This document shows, one piece after another, positions 16,673 through 26,487 of a DNA stretch of 64,000 nt. The notes beneath the pieces are model-generated. The model saw nothing but the letters and a program-made list of their open reading frames with translations, made no database searches and was not told the DNA's origin. This DNA comes from an uncultured Gemmatimonadales bacterium (GTDB lineage: Bacteria > Gemmatimonadota > Gemmatimonadetes > Gemmatimonadales > GWC2-71-9), in contig CAWFPG010000005.1 of assembly GCA_963817715.1 (NCBI GenBank), forward strand, positions 641,187 through 705,186, read 5' to 3'. How positions within the stretch are numbered: the first letter of the stretch is position 1; the number at the start of each line of letters is the position of its first letter. The translations under genes and the position numbers were made by a program.

Positions 16673-18453
16673 CCTTCGCCACACCATGGGCTCTGCTGGG
16701 GCTGCTTGCGGCCGCGGTGCCGATCATCCTCCATCTGGTGCAGCGTCGGGAACCGCCCGAACGCGCCTTTCCGGCGGTACGCTATCTCGAGGATGCCACC
16801 CGCGACCACCGGCGACGCTTGCGGCTGCGCCATTGGTTGCTGTTGCTGCTGCGAACCCTGCTGATCGTGGCGTTGGTCCTCGCCGCGGCCGGACCGCTGG
16901 CGCGCCGGGCGGTGCCGCTGGGGGAGCACGCGCCGACCGCCCTGGTGCTGGTGCTCGACAACTCGGCGAGCAGTGCCGCGGTGGTCGATGGTGAGCCGGT
17001 GGTCGATGGGCTGCGACGTGCCGCACGCGAGATCCTCGCTCATGCCACGCCCGCCGATCGCCTCTGGCTGGTGCTGGCCGATGGGGTGGCCCGTCGCGGC
17101 ACCGCACCGGAGCTGCTCAAGCGACTCGATCAGGCGACGGCCGGCGGTGGTCGCCTCGACCTGGCGACGGCGATCCGGCAGGGACGCGACCTGGTCGAGG
17201 CCAGCGGCCGCCGTGGCGAGGTGGTGCTGCTCACCGATGCCCAGCGGAGCGCGATCGGTCCGGTCGACGGCGAGGGGCCAGTCGTGGTCCTGCGCCCCGA
17301 CGGCGCTGCGCCGCCCAACCGCACCGTGGCCCGGCTCGACCCCGGGGCACAGCCATGGGGCCCTGAGGGGGGGCGCCTCGAGCTGGCCGTGGCGGCCGAC
17401 GACACGAGCGCGGTGCCGGTCAGCCTCGGATTCGCCGGCCAAGGCACCCGCGACCTGTTGGTGACCCCCGGGGTGCCGGTGACCGAGCGGATCGCCGGTT
17501 CCGCGCCCGGGTGGCACCGCCTCGACGTGGTGCTGCCCCCCGATGAATTGCGACTCGACGACGCCGCCGCGGTGGCCGTTCGTGTCGCCCCGCCGGCGAC
17601 CGTCACCTGGGATCCGGGTGATCGCTTCCTCGACGCCGCGCTGGCGGTGCTGGCTGACGCCGGCCGGATCCGTCGCGGCGGCGGACTGCGAATCGGCGCC
17701 CTCGGTCCTGGTGCCTCGATTGTGGTGCCGCCCGAGGACCCCGCGCTCCTCGGTGCGCTCAATCGCCAGTTGGCGGCCCGAGGATCGGCCTGGCGCTATG
17801 GCGATCTCGTCGTCGCACCGGCCGTGACCGACAGCGCCGCGCTCCTCCCCGAGCGGGTCCGGATCAGCCGACGGGTGGGATTGGTCGCCAGCGGTCCGGG
17901 GGCCGACACCCTGCTCACCGCTGATGGCGAGGTGTGGGCCGGCCGGTCCGGCGACCTGGTGCTGCTCGGCTCCCGGTTCGAGCCGGCCTGGACGGCGCTG
18001 CCGATCCGGGCGGCCTTCGTGCCGTTGCTCGACGCGCTGGCGACCCGCACGGTGCGGGGGGAACCGCTGCTGCCAATGGCCACCGTGGGCCGGCCACTCC
18101 AGCTCCCCACCCGGGCTACTGCGATCGATGATGGTCGGGGGCCGGTGGATGTGGAGGGCGGGGCACCGTGGGTCCCACCGGCCCCGGGGGTCTTCTGGCT
18201 GCTCGATGGCCGCGACACGTTGGGTGCGGTGCGCTCGGTGATCGATCCTCGCGAGTCGGAACTGGCCCGGGCCAGCGACGCCGAGATCGAGGCCGCCTGG
18301 CCTGGAGCCACGGTCGCGTCGCTCAACGACGGTGCGATGTGGGCGTTCTCGGCGGGCGGGCGTGGCGACCTCCGGCCGCTGCTGCTGGTTTTCGCGCTCG
18401 GCTGCCTGGTGGGAGAATCGCTGTTGGCCGGCCGACGCGGACCGGCAGGCTGA
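16669..18453 (+). CDS. BatA N-terminal-domain membrane protein with vWA-like region
   Basis: MTFATPWALLGLLAAAVPIILHLVQRRE (aerotolerance BatA_N type), LVLVLDNSASS, and a C-terminal TM. ATGA overlap with the DUF58 stop. Confidence 0.75.
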   Translation: MTFATPWALLGLLAAAVPIILHLVQRREPPERAFPAVRYLEDATRDHRRRLRLRHWLLLLLRTLLIVALVLAAAGPLARRAVPLGEHAPTALVLVLDNSASSAAVVDGEPVVDGLRRAAREILAHATPADRLWLVLADGVARRGTAPELLKRLDQATAGGGRLDLATAIRQGRDLVEASGRRGEVVLLTDAQRSAIGPVDGEGPVVVLRPDGAAPPNRTVARLDPGAQPWGPEGGRLELAVAADDTSAVPVSLGFAGQGTRDLLVTPGVPVTERIAGSAPGWHRLDVVLPPDELRLDDAAAVAVRVAPPATVTWDPGDRFLDAALAVLADAGRIRRGGGLRIGALGPGASIVVPPEDPALLGALNRQLAARGSAWRYGDLVVAPAVTDSAALLPERVRISRRVGLVASGPGADTLLTADGEVWAGRSGDLVLLGSRFEPAWTALPIRAAFVPLLDALATRTVRGEPLLPMATVGRPLQLPTRATAIDDGRGPVDVEGGAPWVPPAPGVFWLLDGRDTLGAVRSVIDPRESELARASDAEIEAAWPGATVASLNDGAMWAFSAGGRGDLRPLLLVFALGCLVGESLLAGRRGPAG

Positions 18454-18467
18454 TATATTGCGGCGTC

Positions 18468-18557
18468 GCGAATGGCGAGCGGCGGAGGATGGGCAACGGT
18501 GTCGGCAGCGACTGCCGAACAGCGCCCGTTGTTCGCGGGTCGCTGTTCGCCATTCGC
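18468..18557. repeat. ~90-nt imperfect palindrome upstream of mfd
   Basis: Outer arms GCGAATGGCGA (18468-18478) and TCGCCATTCGC (18547-18557). Inner arms TCGGCAG (18502-18508) and CTGCCGA (18512-18518). Confidence 0.8.
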
Positions 18558-18639
18558 CTTTGCACCTGCTGGAGAGTGATGCAGTGACGCTGGGCAGGAC
18601 CCGCCAATCCATGATCACCGTTCCGGTCACCGACCGAGC

Positions 18640-21600
18640 GTGACGCTGACGACCATCCCGTCGCCGTCGCGCGCCGTCGTCCCCGTTCTCGATGCCTTCG
18701 AGCGGTGCGCCGGTATTCGCGAGATCGCCGGCCGGATTCCCGGCCGCGGCGAGACCCTCAACCTCGTCGGTCTGCCAGGGTCGAGTGGCGCGGTGCTCGC
18801 CGCATGGCTGACGGAACGAGTCGGCGCCGGCCGCCTCGTGGTGGTGCTGGCCACCACGCCCGGCGACGCGGAGCGCTGGCTGTCCGACCTGCAGCAGCTG
18901 GTCGGCGAGGGTGTCGCGCTCTATCCCCAGCGCGAGGGGCTCGCCGAGGAGGAGCCGCACTACGAGATCGCCGGCGAGCGGATCGAGACCCTCGAGGCGC
19001 TGATGCGCGGCGACCTCCGCGTGCTGGTCACCACCGCGCGCGCCAGTGCCGAGCGGACCGCGGTGCCGGAGGCATTGGAGTCACTTCGGCTCCGGATCGC
19101 AGCGGGTCAGGACCAGCCGCTCGGGGCCGTCGTCACGGCGCTGGAGGAGATGGGCTATCGGCGGACCGCCCAGGTCACCGAGGTTGCGGAGTTCTCGGTT
19201 CGCGGCGGGATCGTCGACATCTACGGTTTCGGGATGCCGGCGCCGGTGCGGATCGAGTGGTGGGGCGACGAGGTCTCGTCCCTCAGGCACTTCGACCTCA
19301 CCACGCAGCGCAGCGGCGACGACGTCGGCGATGTCACGGTGTTGCCGATCGCCAGCACGCGTGTGGCCCGCGCGCTCAGCGGCGGCGGGCCGACGACGCG
19401 TCGCTCCCTGCTCGACCTGCTCCCGGGCGACACGATCATCGTCGAGGAAGCGATCGGCCCCGACGCCGAGGAGGTCGAGCGGGCCTGGCGGGAGGCGGAG
19501 CACCACCGCGACATCGCCCGCCGGCTCGGTGAGGACGCCCCCCCGCGCGAGGATCTCTTCCTGGCACCCGAGGCGTGGCGAGCGAAGTTGGCCGCCCTCG
19601 GTCGGTTGGTGCTTCGCGCCGAGCGGGCCGATGTGCAGGTGGGCTTCTTCCCCCCGGAGAAGGTGAATCGCGATCTGGGAGCGCTGCGGGCGCTGCTGGG
19701 GCACGGCACCCCGACCCTGATTCTCTGCGACAACGAAGGACAGCGCGAGCGGCTCGACGAGCTGCTCGAGGTGAACGGCTTCCGGCCCGCCGGCACCACG
19801 TTGGTGGTGGGGTCACTCGACGGCGGCTTCGTGATGCCGACCCTCCGGGTGCTCACCGACCACGAGATCTTCCGTCGGGCACGCCGGCTGCGGCGCAGCC
19901 GGCGCTACCGGCAGGCCGCGCCGTCGGCGGTGACCGGCACGCTCACCGAGGGCGACTACGTGGTGCACCTCGAGCACGGCATCGGGGTCTATCGCGGCAT
20001 CCAGAGCATCACCGTCGAGGGCGGCACGATCGAGGTGGCGATCCTCGAGTACGAGGGGGGCGACCGACTCAACGTGCCGCTCTACCGACTCGACCAGATG
20101 GAGCGCTATCGCGCCGCTGGCGACGACGGCGAGCGGCCGCCACCCCGGATCCACCGGCTCGGCGGCGCGGCCTGGAAGAAAGTCCGCGACAAGACACGCG
20201 CGGCGATCCAGGCAATGGCGGCCGAGTTGCTCGATCTCTACGCCCGGCGAAAGGTCAGTGCCGGCTACGCCTTCCCGCCCGACGGCCGCTGGCAGCGGGA
20301 GCTGGAATCGTCGTTCCTCTACGAGGACACCCGCGACCAGCGCTCGGCGACCGACGACATCAAGGCCGGCATGGAGCGTCCCCAGCCGATGGACCGGTTG
20401 CTGGTGGGCGACGTGGGCTACGGCAAGACCGAGGTCGCGGTGCGGGCCGCGTTCAAGGCGGTGCAGGGTGGCAAGCAGGTGGCGGTGCTGGTGCCGACCA
20501 CGATCCTGGCCGAGCAGCACTTCCGTACCTTCGCCGACCGGCTGGCCGACTACCCGGTCACTGTAGAAGCGCTGTCGCGCTTCCGCACCGCGCGGGAGCA
20601 GAAGGAGACGGTGCGTCGGCTCGCCACCGGCGAGCTCGACATCGTGATCGGCACCCATCGCCTGCTCAGCAAGGACATCGAGTTCAAGGATCTCGGGCTG
20701 CTGATCGTCGACGAGGAGCACCGCTTCGGGGTGCGCCACAAGGAGCGACTCAAGCAGCTCCGGCTCCAGGTCGACGTGCTCACCCTCACGGCCACGCCGA
20801 TCCCGCGCACGCTGCACCTCTCGCTCGCGGGCCTGCGCGACATGACGGTGATCGAGACGCCTCCCCGCGACCGGTCGCCGATCCTCACCTTCGTCGAGCC
20901 GTGGGACGACGCCCTCCTCGAGGAGGCGATCGCCCGTGAGCTCGACCGCGGCGGTCAGGTCTTCTTCGTCCACAACCGGATCGAGACGATCGAGACGATC
21001 GCGGCACGGGTGCGGTCGCTGGCCCCGCAGGCCCGAGTGGCGGTGGGGCACGGCCAGATGGCGGCCGACGACCTCGAGGACGTGATGCAGGCGTTCGTGG
21101 TCGGCGACCTCGACATCCTGGTCTCGACGATGATTGTCGAGTCGGGGCTCGACGTCCCCAATGCCAACACGATGATCGTCCACGACGCGCACCGCTTCGG
21201 GTTGGCGCAGCTCTACCAGCTGCGGGGCCGGGTCGGCCGCAGCCATCGGCGGGCGTCGTGCTACCTCCTGGTACCCGACACGATCGACGATGCGGCGGAG
21301 GAACGATTGAAGGTCCTCGAGCATCATACCGACCTGGGGGCCGGCTACCGGATCGCGCTGCGCGACCTGGAGCTCCGGGGGGCCGGCAACCTGCTGGGCG
21401 CCGAGCAGTCGGGCCATGCCCAGGCGGTCGGCTTCGACCTCTACCTTCGCTGGTTGGAGGAGACGGTCTCCGCGCTCCGGAACCAGGCCGGTGCTGTGGA
21501 AGCCCCGGCCCCGCCGGACGTCCACTTCGACGTGGCCACCCGCTTCCCGGACGCCTACGTGGCCGACGATGGCACCAAGCTGGAGCTCTACCGGCGACTG

Positions 21601-21945
21601 GCGCGGGCGTCGGCTCCGGGCGACATTGATGAGCTGCGGGCGGAACTCAGGGAGCGCTTCGGGCCGCCCCCGGTCGAGGCCGATGCGCTGCTCGACATGG
21701 GGCGGTTGCGCGTGCTGGGGGCCCAGCTGGGCCTGCAGCACGTGCTGGTCCGGGGCAACGAGGCCCGGTTGTCGTTCCGCCAGGGGGCCACGCCGAGGAT
21801 GGCGGGGCTCACCCGGGCGCTCGACGACGTCCAGCTGGCCGCCGAGGTCCGCCGGACGGTGCCGCTCTCGCTCCGCCTGGTGCGGCTCGGGGGCGAGCCG
21901 CTGATACCCGCGCTGGTTCGCGCCCTGCGGCAGGTGGCCGCGTGA
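18640..21945 (+). CDS. mfd: Transcription-repair coupling factor Mfd
   Basis: 1101 aa with GDYVVHLEHGIGVY, GDVGYGKTEVAVRAAF, DEEHRFGV and the TRG-type motif QLRGRVGR. GTG start. Confidence 0.95.
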   Translation: MTLTTIPSPSRAVVPVLDAFERCAGIREIAGRIPGRGETLNLVGLPGSSGAVLAAWLTERVGAGRLVVVLATTPGDAERWLSDLQQLVGEGVALYPQREGLAEEEPHYEIAGERIETLEALMRGDLRVLVTTARASAERTAVPEALESLRLRIAAGQDQPLGAVVTALEEMGYRRTAQVTEVAEFSVRGGIVDIYGFGMPAPVRIEWWGDEVSSLRHFDLTTQRSGDDVGDVTVLPIASTRVARALSGGGPTTRRSLLDLLPGDTIIVEEAIGPDAEEVERAWREAEHHRDIARRLGEDAPPREDLFLAPEAWRAKLAALGRLVLRAERADVQVGFFPPEKVNRDLGALRALLGHGTPTLILCDNEGQRERLDELLEVNGFRPAGTTLVVGSLDGGFVMPTLRVLTDHEIFRRARRLRRSRRYRQAAPSAVTGTLTEGDYVVHLEHGIGVYRGIQSITVEGGTIEVAILEYEGGDRLNVPLYRLDQMERYRAAGDDGERPPPRIHRLGGAAWKKVRDKTRAAIQAMAAELLDLYARRKVSAGYAFPPDGRWQRELESSFLYEDTRDQRSATDDIKAGMERPQPMDRLLVGDVGYGKTEVAVRAAFKAVQGGKQVAVLVPTTILAEQHFRTFADRLADYPVTVEALSRFRTAREQKETVRRLATGELDIVIGTHRLLSKDIEFKDLGLLIVDEEHRFGVRHKERLKQLRLQVDVLTLTATPIPRTLHLSLAGLRDMTVIETPPRDRSPILTFVEPWDDALLEEAIARELDRGGQVFFVHNRIETIETIAARVRSLAPQARVAVGHGQMAADDLEDVMQAFVVGDLDILVSTMIVESGLDVPNANTMIVHDAHRFGLAQLYQLRGRVGRSHRRASCYLLVPDTIDDAAEERLKVLEHHTDLGAGYRIALRDLELRGAGNLLGAEQSGHAQAVGFDLYLRWLEETVSALRNQAGAVEAPAPPDVHFDVATRFPDAYVADDGTKLELYRRLARASAPGDIDELRAELRERFGPPPVEADALLDMGRLRVLGAQLGLQHVLVRGNEARLSFRQGATPRMAGLTRALDDVQLAAEVRRTVPLSLRLVRLGGEPLIPALVRALRQVAA

Positions 21946-21980
21946 GGCGCCGCACGTCCTTCACCGAATCGAGGAGTCTG

Positions 21981-23453
21981 ATGCGCCGTTCGTTGCTGCT
22001 GGTCGGGTCGCTTGCCTTCACCCTGGGCGCTTGCGGCGGTGATGCCTTCACCGCCCATCCCGACATCGCCGCGGAGGCGGCCGGGCAGAAGCTGCCGGCC
22101 AAGCGCGTGGCCGAGATCCTGACCAGCGTGAAGGGCGTCAAGGTGTCGCCTGAGGCGGCCCAGTTCGTGGCCTCGCTCTGGGTCGACTACACCCTCTTCT
22201 CCCAGGCGGTGGCCGACGGCTCGCTCGCATCCGACTCGACCACGATCGCCGACGCGATGTGGACCGATGTGGCCGAGATCACGGCGGGCCACTTCTTCGA
22301 CTCGCTGATTGCCCGGCGCGCCCAGGTCACGCCCGAGAAGGTCGACAGTGCCTACAAGGCCGGCGACATCCGGGTGCTGCAGCACGTGCTGATCACCGTC
22401 GATCCCTCGGCGACCCAGGCGGAACGGCACACCGCCGAGCTGAAGGCCCAGCGGATTCACGATCGGGCCGTGGCCGGCGCCGACTTCGGCAAGCTGGCCC
22501 TGGACAATTCCGGCGACGTCTCGACCAAGGTCGACAGCGGCTTCCTGCCGCCGTCGCCCAAGGGCGCCTTTGTCCCGGCGTTCGACTCGGCCGCCTGGCT
22601 CCTGGAGCCCGGTCAGGTGAGCGACGTGGTGGTCACCAGCTATGGCTTCCACGTGATTCGCCGTGCCAGCGAGGCCCAGGCCAAGGCGCGGATCGAGACC
22701 TGGCTGCCCAAGCCGCTGGTGAGTGCGATGGAGGCGGGCTACTTCGCCGAGCTCGACTCGGTGAAGGACGTGCAGCTGGCCAAGGACGCGGCCGAGCACG
22801 CCAAGGAGGTCCTGGCCGATCTCACCAAGGCGGGGGGGAGCACTCGCACGCTGATCACCTATGATGGCGGCAAGATCACCGAGGCCGACTTCGCGAAGTG
22901 GGTTCGTGCGATGACCGCAGACCCGGTGCAGGGTCCCCAGGCGCTCGAGCAGATGCGGCAGCTCCCCGATTCGGTGGTCGAGACCGCGCTCAAGCAGGTG
23001 GCCCAGCGCTACCTCTTCCTCCAGCAGGCCAAGGACGAGGGCATCGGCATCACGCCCGACGATTGGCAGCAGGTCAAGGCCAGCTTCGAGGCCTCGGTCG
23101 ACACGCTCAAGCAGCAGATCGGGCTGGGGCCCGACGTGATCGATCCGAACGCCCCCGAGGCCGACCGGCGCAATGCGGCGGCGATGCGGGTCGACCAGTT
23201 CTTCGACCGGATGACGCAGGGACAGTCGCGGATGCGGCTGCTGCCGGGGATGCTCACCTGGTCGTTGCGCGAGCACACCAAGGCCGGCGTGAACCCGGCC
23301 GGGGTCCAGCAGGCGGTGTCGCTGGCGGAGGCACAGCTGGCCGCCCGTGACTCCAGTGCCCAGGGTCCCGACTCGGCCGCGGCGGGCGCGATGCCGTCGC
23401 CGATCAAGCCCGCGCCGGGCGGACCGCCGGTGCCGGGCGGCGACAGCCAGTGA
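21981..23453 (+). CDS. Peptidyl-prolyl isomerase (PpiC/parvulin-type) lipoprotein
   Basis: MRRSLLLVGSLAFTLGACGG lipobox after RBS GAGGAG. Parvulin motif GFLPPSPKGAFVPAFDSAAW..VVTSYGFHVIRR. GTG 21942 (GTGA overlap with mfd) is an alternative start. Confidence 0.8.
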   Translation: MRRSLLLVGSLAFTLGACGGDAFTAHPDIAAEAAGQKLPAKRVAEILTSVKGVKVSPEAAQFVASLWVDYTLFSQAVADGSLASDSTTIADAMWTDVAEITAGHFFDSLIARRAQVTPEKVDSAYKAGDIRVLQHVLITVDPSATQAERHTAELKAQRIHDRAVAGADFGKLALDNSGDVSTKVDSGFLPPSPKGAFVPAFDSAAWLLEPGQVSDVVVTSYGFHVIRRASEAQAKARIETWLPKPLVSAMEAGYFAELDSVKDVQLAKDAAEHAKEVLADLTKAGGSTRTLITYDGGKITEADFAKWVRAMTADPVQGPQALEQMRQLPDSVVETALKQVAQRYLFLQQAKDEGIGITPDDWQQVKASFEASVDTLKQQIGLGPDVIDPNAPEADRRNAAAMRVDQFFDRMTQGQSRMRLLPGMLTWSLREHTKAGVNPAGVQQAVSLAEAQLAARDSSAQGPDSAAAGAMPSPIKPAPGGPPVPGGDSQ

Positions 23454-24784
23454 TCCAGCGGCGACGTCGCGCGCCGTGGCTGGCGGCGGTGCTCCTCGCG
23501 AGCACCGTCGCCGGGCCGCTGCAGGCGCAGGGGCCCGAAGCGCCGGTGGACCGGCTCGTCGCGGTCGTCGGCAGCACGGCGATCACCTACACCCAGCTGC
23601 AGGAGGAGTTCTACTCCCGGTACACCGCGAGTGGGCGGCAACCCCCCACGGACACGGCCGAGGTGCTCCGGCAGATGCGTCCCCTCCTCGACACGTTGAT
23701 TGACGAAGAACTGATCTATCAGCAGGCGCTCCGCGACACGACGATACAGATCACGCCGCTCGAGGTGAGCGACGCCGTCGACGCCACCATGCGGCAGACC
23801 CGACGGCAGTTCCCCACCGAGCAGGCCTTCCTCGATGAGTTGCGGCGGGCAGGTTTTCTCGGCATCGACGATTACCGTCGCTGGATGATCGAGAAGCAGG
23901 GACGCGAGTTGCTGAAGAACCGCTACGAGGCGAAGCTCCGCGACGACGGCACCCTGGCGCCGCTCGCCCCGACCGAGCGCGAGGTGCGGGCCTACTACGA
24001 CAGCCACCTTGACCAGATCCCGGTCCGTCCGCCGACGATCTGGATCAAGCAGATCGTGGTGCGGCCCCTGCCGGACTCGGCCGAGAAGACTGCGGCATAC
24101 CGGCTGGCCGACTCGCTGGCCAAGGCGATCCGCGCGGGTGCCGATTTCGGGGCGATCGCCCGTCGCTACTCGGCCGATGCCGTGAGCGCCGAGCAGGGTG
24201 GCGACCTGGGCTGGAACCGGCCTGGAAAGTTCGTGCGGGAGTTCGACCGGGTGGCGTTCTCACTCGCGCCGGGCACCGTCTCCAACCCGGTCGAGACCGT
24301 CTACGGCTATCACATCATCCAGGTCGAGCGGGTGCGGCCCACCGAGATCAAGCTGCGCCACATCCTCATCGCACCGACGATCGACTCCTCCGGGGTGGCT
24401 GCCGCCGATTCACTGGCGCACCGGATCCGTGACCAGGTGCTGGCCGGTGCCTCGTTCGATTCGCTGCAAGCGGTGTACAGCGATCCCGCCGAGGAGCGGG
24501 AGGCCCGCGGCATCGTGATCGACTCGCTGCCGAGCTACTACCAGCAGGCGGTGGCGGGGGTCGATTCGGGACAGGTGTCGGGGGTCTTCGCCCTCACGGT
24601 GCCCGGCTCGCCGGTGCCGCCCAAGTATGGCGTCGTGAAGGTGCTGCAACGGGTGCCCGCCGGGCCGTATCCCTTCGATGAGATCCGCGAGAACATCCGC
24701 ACCGCACTGGGCCAGTCGATGGGGCAGCAGAAGTACCTGGCCGAGTTGCGCAAGAAGTCCTACATCGACATTCGAGACCTGTGA
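23450..24784 (+). CDS. surA: SurA-like periplasmic chaperone/peptidyl-prolyl isomerase
   Basis: Signal peptide, then a SurA_N-like region VDRLVAVVGSTAITYTQL and parvulin domain GGDLGWNRPGKFVREFDRVAF..YGYHIIQVERV. GTGA overlap upstream. Followed by pdxA, as in the classical surA-pdxA arrangement. Confidence 0.75.
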   Translation: MIQRRRRAPWLAAVLLASTVAGPLQAQGPEAPVDRLVAVVGSTAITYTQLQEEFYSRYTASGRQPPTDTAEVLRQMRPLLDTLIDEELIYQQALRDTTIQITPLEVSDAVDATMRQTRRQFPTEQAFLDELRRAGFLGIDDYRRWMIEKQGRELLKNRYEAKLRDDGTLAPLAPTEREVRAYYDSHLDQIPVRPPTIWIKQIVVRPLPDSAEKTAAYRLADSLAKAIRAGADFGAIARRYSADAVSAEQGGDLGWNRPGKFVREFDRVAFSLAPGTVSNPVETVYGYHIIQVERVRPTEIKLRHILIAPTIDSSGVAAADSLAHRIRDQVLAGASFDSLQAVYSDPAEEREARGIVIDSLPSYYQQAVAGVDSGQVSGVFALTVPGSPVPPKYGVVKVLQRVPAGPYPFDEIRENIRTALGQSMGQQKYLAELRKKSYIDIRDL

Positions 24785-25695
24785 GCCACCGGGTCCGGCT
24801 CGGTGTCACCCTTGGGGACCCGCGCGGAATCGGACCCGAGATCACGGCGGCGGTGCTGGCCGCCGGCATCGACGCCGAGATCACGGTGATCGGTGCGCGC
24901 GAGCAGATCGCCGATCTTCCCGCCGCGCGGCATGAGGCGGTGGGGGCATGGCGAGACCCCGAGCCGGTGGCGCGGCCCCGCGCGGTCGATGCCGGCCTGG
25001 TCGCCGGCCGGGCGATCGAGCGCGCGGCCCAACTCGCCCTGGCCGGCGAGGTTGATGCGATCGTGACTGCGCCGGTCGAGAAGCACGCCCTGCATCTGGC
25101 AGGCTTTCCCTATCCCGGGCACACCGAGTGGCTGGCGCACCTGGCCGGCGGGGTCGACGTGGCGATGATGCTCGCCAGCGACCGGCTCCGCGTGGTGCTG
25201 GTGACCACCCACATGCCGCTCCGCGACGTGCCGCTGGTGCTCACCACCGACAAGGTGGTGCGCGCCGGCGAGGTGACCGCGCGGGCGCTCCGGGAGTGGT
25301 TCGGGATACCCGAGCCGCGGCTGGCGCTCTGCGCCCTCAACCCGCATGCCGGCGAGCAGGGGCTCTTCGGCGACGAGGAGGCGCGGATCCTGGCGCCGGC
25401 GGCGGAGCGGCTGGGGGCGGCGGGGCCACTGCCGGCCGACACCGTCTTCGTGCGGGCGATGCGGGGTGAATTCGATGCGGTGCTGGCACCCTACCACGAC
25501 GTGGGGATGACCGCGATCAAGGTCGCCTCGTTCGGCCACGGGGTGAATGTGACCCTCGGGCTGCCGTTCATCCGCACCTCGCCCGACCACGGCACCGCCA
25601 TCGACATCGCTGGCACGGGACGTGCCGACCCGTCCAGTATGCAGGCCGCCGTTGCCCTGGCCCTCGACCTCGCCCGCCGGAGCCGCCCGTCATGA
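24781..25695 (+). CDS. pdxA: 4-hydroxythreonine-4-phosphate dehydrogenase PdxA
   Basis: [53 protein letters not shown]. Confidence 0.9.
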   Translation: MSHRVRLGVTLGDPRGIGPEITAAVLAAGIDAEITVIGAREQIADLPAARHEAVGAWRDPEPVARPRAVDAGLVAGRAIERAAQLALAGEVDAIVTAPVEKHALHLAGFPYPGHTEWLAHLAGGVDVAMMLASDRLRVVLVTTHMPLRDVPLVLTTDKVVRAGEVTARALREWFGIPEPRLALCALNPHAGEQGLFGDEEARILAPAAERLGAAGPLPADTVFVRAMRGEFDAVLAPYHDVGMTAIKVASFGHGVNVTLGLPFIRTSPDHGTAIDIAGTGRADPSSMQAAVALALDLARRSRPS

Positions 25696-26453
25696 GCCTT
25701 CGCGTCTCGGTCCTGATCCCGGTCTACAACGAAGCGCGTACCCTCCGCTCGCTGGTGGAGCAGGTGCGCGCGGTGCCGATGGACAAGGAATTGGTCTGTG
25801 TCAACGATGGCTCCAGCGACGGCAGTGCCGAGATCCTCGACACGCTGCTCGCCGAGGGGCTCGTCGACGTGGTGCATCACCAGCCGCGCAACTTCGGCAA
25901 GGGTGCCGCGATCCGCGAGGCAATCGCCCGGGCGACCGGCGACGTGGTGGTGGTCCAGGATGCCGACCTCGAGTACGACCCCAGCGAGATCCCGACGCTG
26001 CTCGGCCCGATCGAGGAGGGTGATGCCGATGCGGTGTTCGGGTCGCGTTTTCTGGGCGGGCCGCACCGGGTGCTCTACTTCTGGCACTCGGTCGGCAACG
26101 CGCTCCTCACGGTGCTGTCGAACATGCTCACCGACCTGAACCTCACCGACATGGAGACCTGCTACAAGGTCATCCGCGCCCCGCTCGCCAAGAAGCTGAT
26201 CCTGACCACCAACCGGTTCGGCTTCGAGCCCGAGGTGACCGCCCGGCTCGCCCAGGCGCGGGCCCGCATCTGGGAGCTGCCGATTTCCTACAGCGGTCGG
26301 ACCTACGAGGAGGGGAAGAAGATCGGCTGGAAGGACGGTGTCGCGGCGTTCATGCACATCGTGCGGTTCAATGTCTTCCCGCCGAAGAATCCCCGGGTGC
26401 GGCGTCGACACCGGTCACCGTTCGACACGCCACCGGCGAATCGTGATGCCTGA
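25692..26453 (+). CDS. Glycosyltransferase family 2
   Basis: [36 protein letters not shown] overlap with pdxA. Confidence 0.85.
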   Translation: MSLRVSVLIPVYNEARTLRSLVEQVRAVPMDKELVCVNDGSSDGSAEILDTLLAEGLVDVVHHQPRNFGKGAAIREAIARATGDVVVVQDADLEYDPSEIPTLLGPIEEGDADAVFGSRFLGGPHRVLYFWHSVGNALLTVLSNMLTDLNLTDMETCYKVIRAPLAKKLILTTNRFGFEPEVTARLAQARARIWELPISYSGRTYEEGKKIGWKDGVAAFMHIVRFNVFPPKNPRVRRRHRSPFDTPPANRDA

Positions 26454-26487
26454 CGGGAGGGGGTGAACGGGGCCGATCGGCTGTCGG

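Noticed and set aside
16606-18960. 784-aa minus-strand ORF; likewise 19813..21741, 21588..23276, 47709..49385, 53549..55834, 29335..31230 and 38810..40216
   Set aside because: All are antisense or out of frame to genes with unambiguous motifs (BatA, mfd, PpiC, STK1, STK2, typA, GGDEF). They translate to low-complexity R/G/P/A strings.
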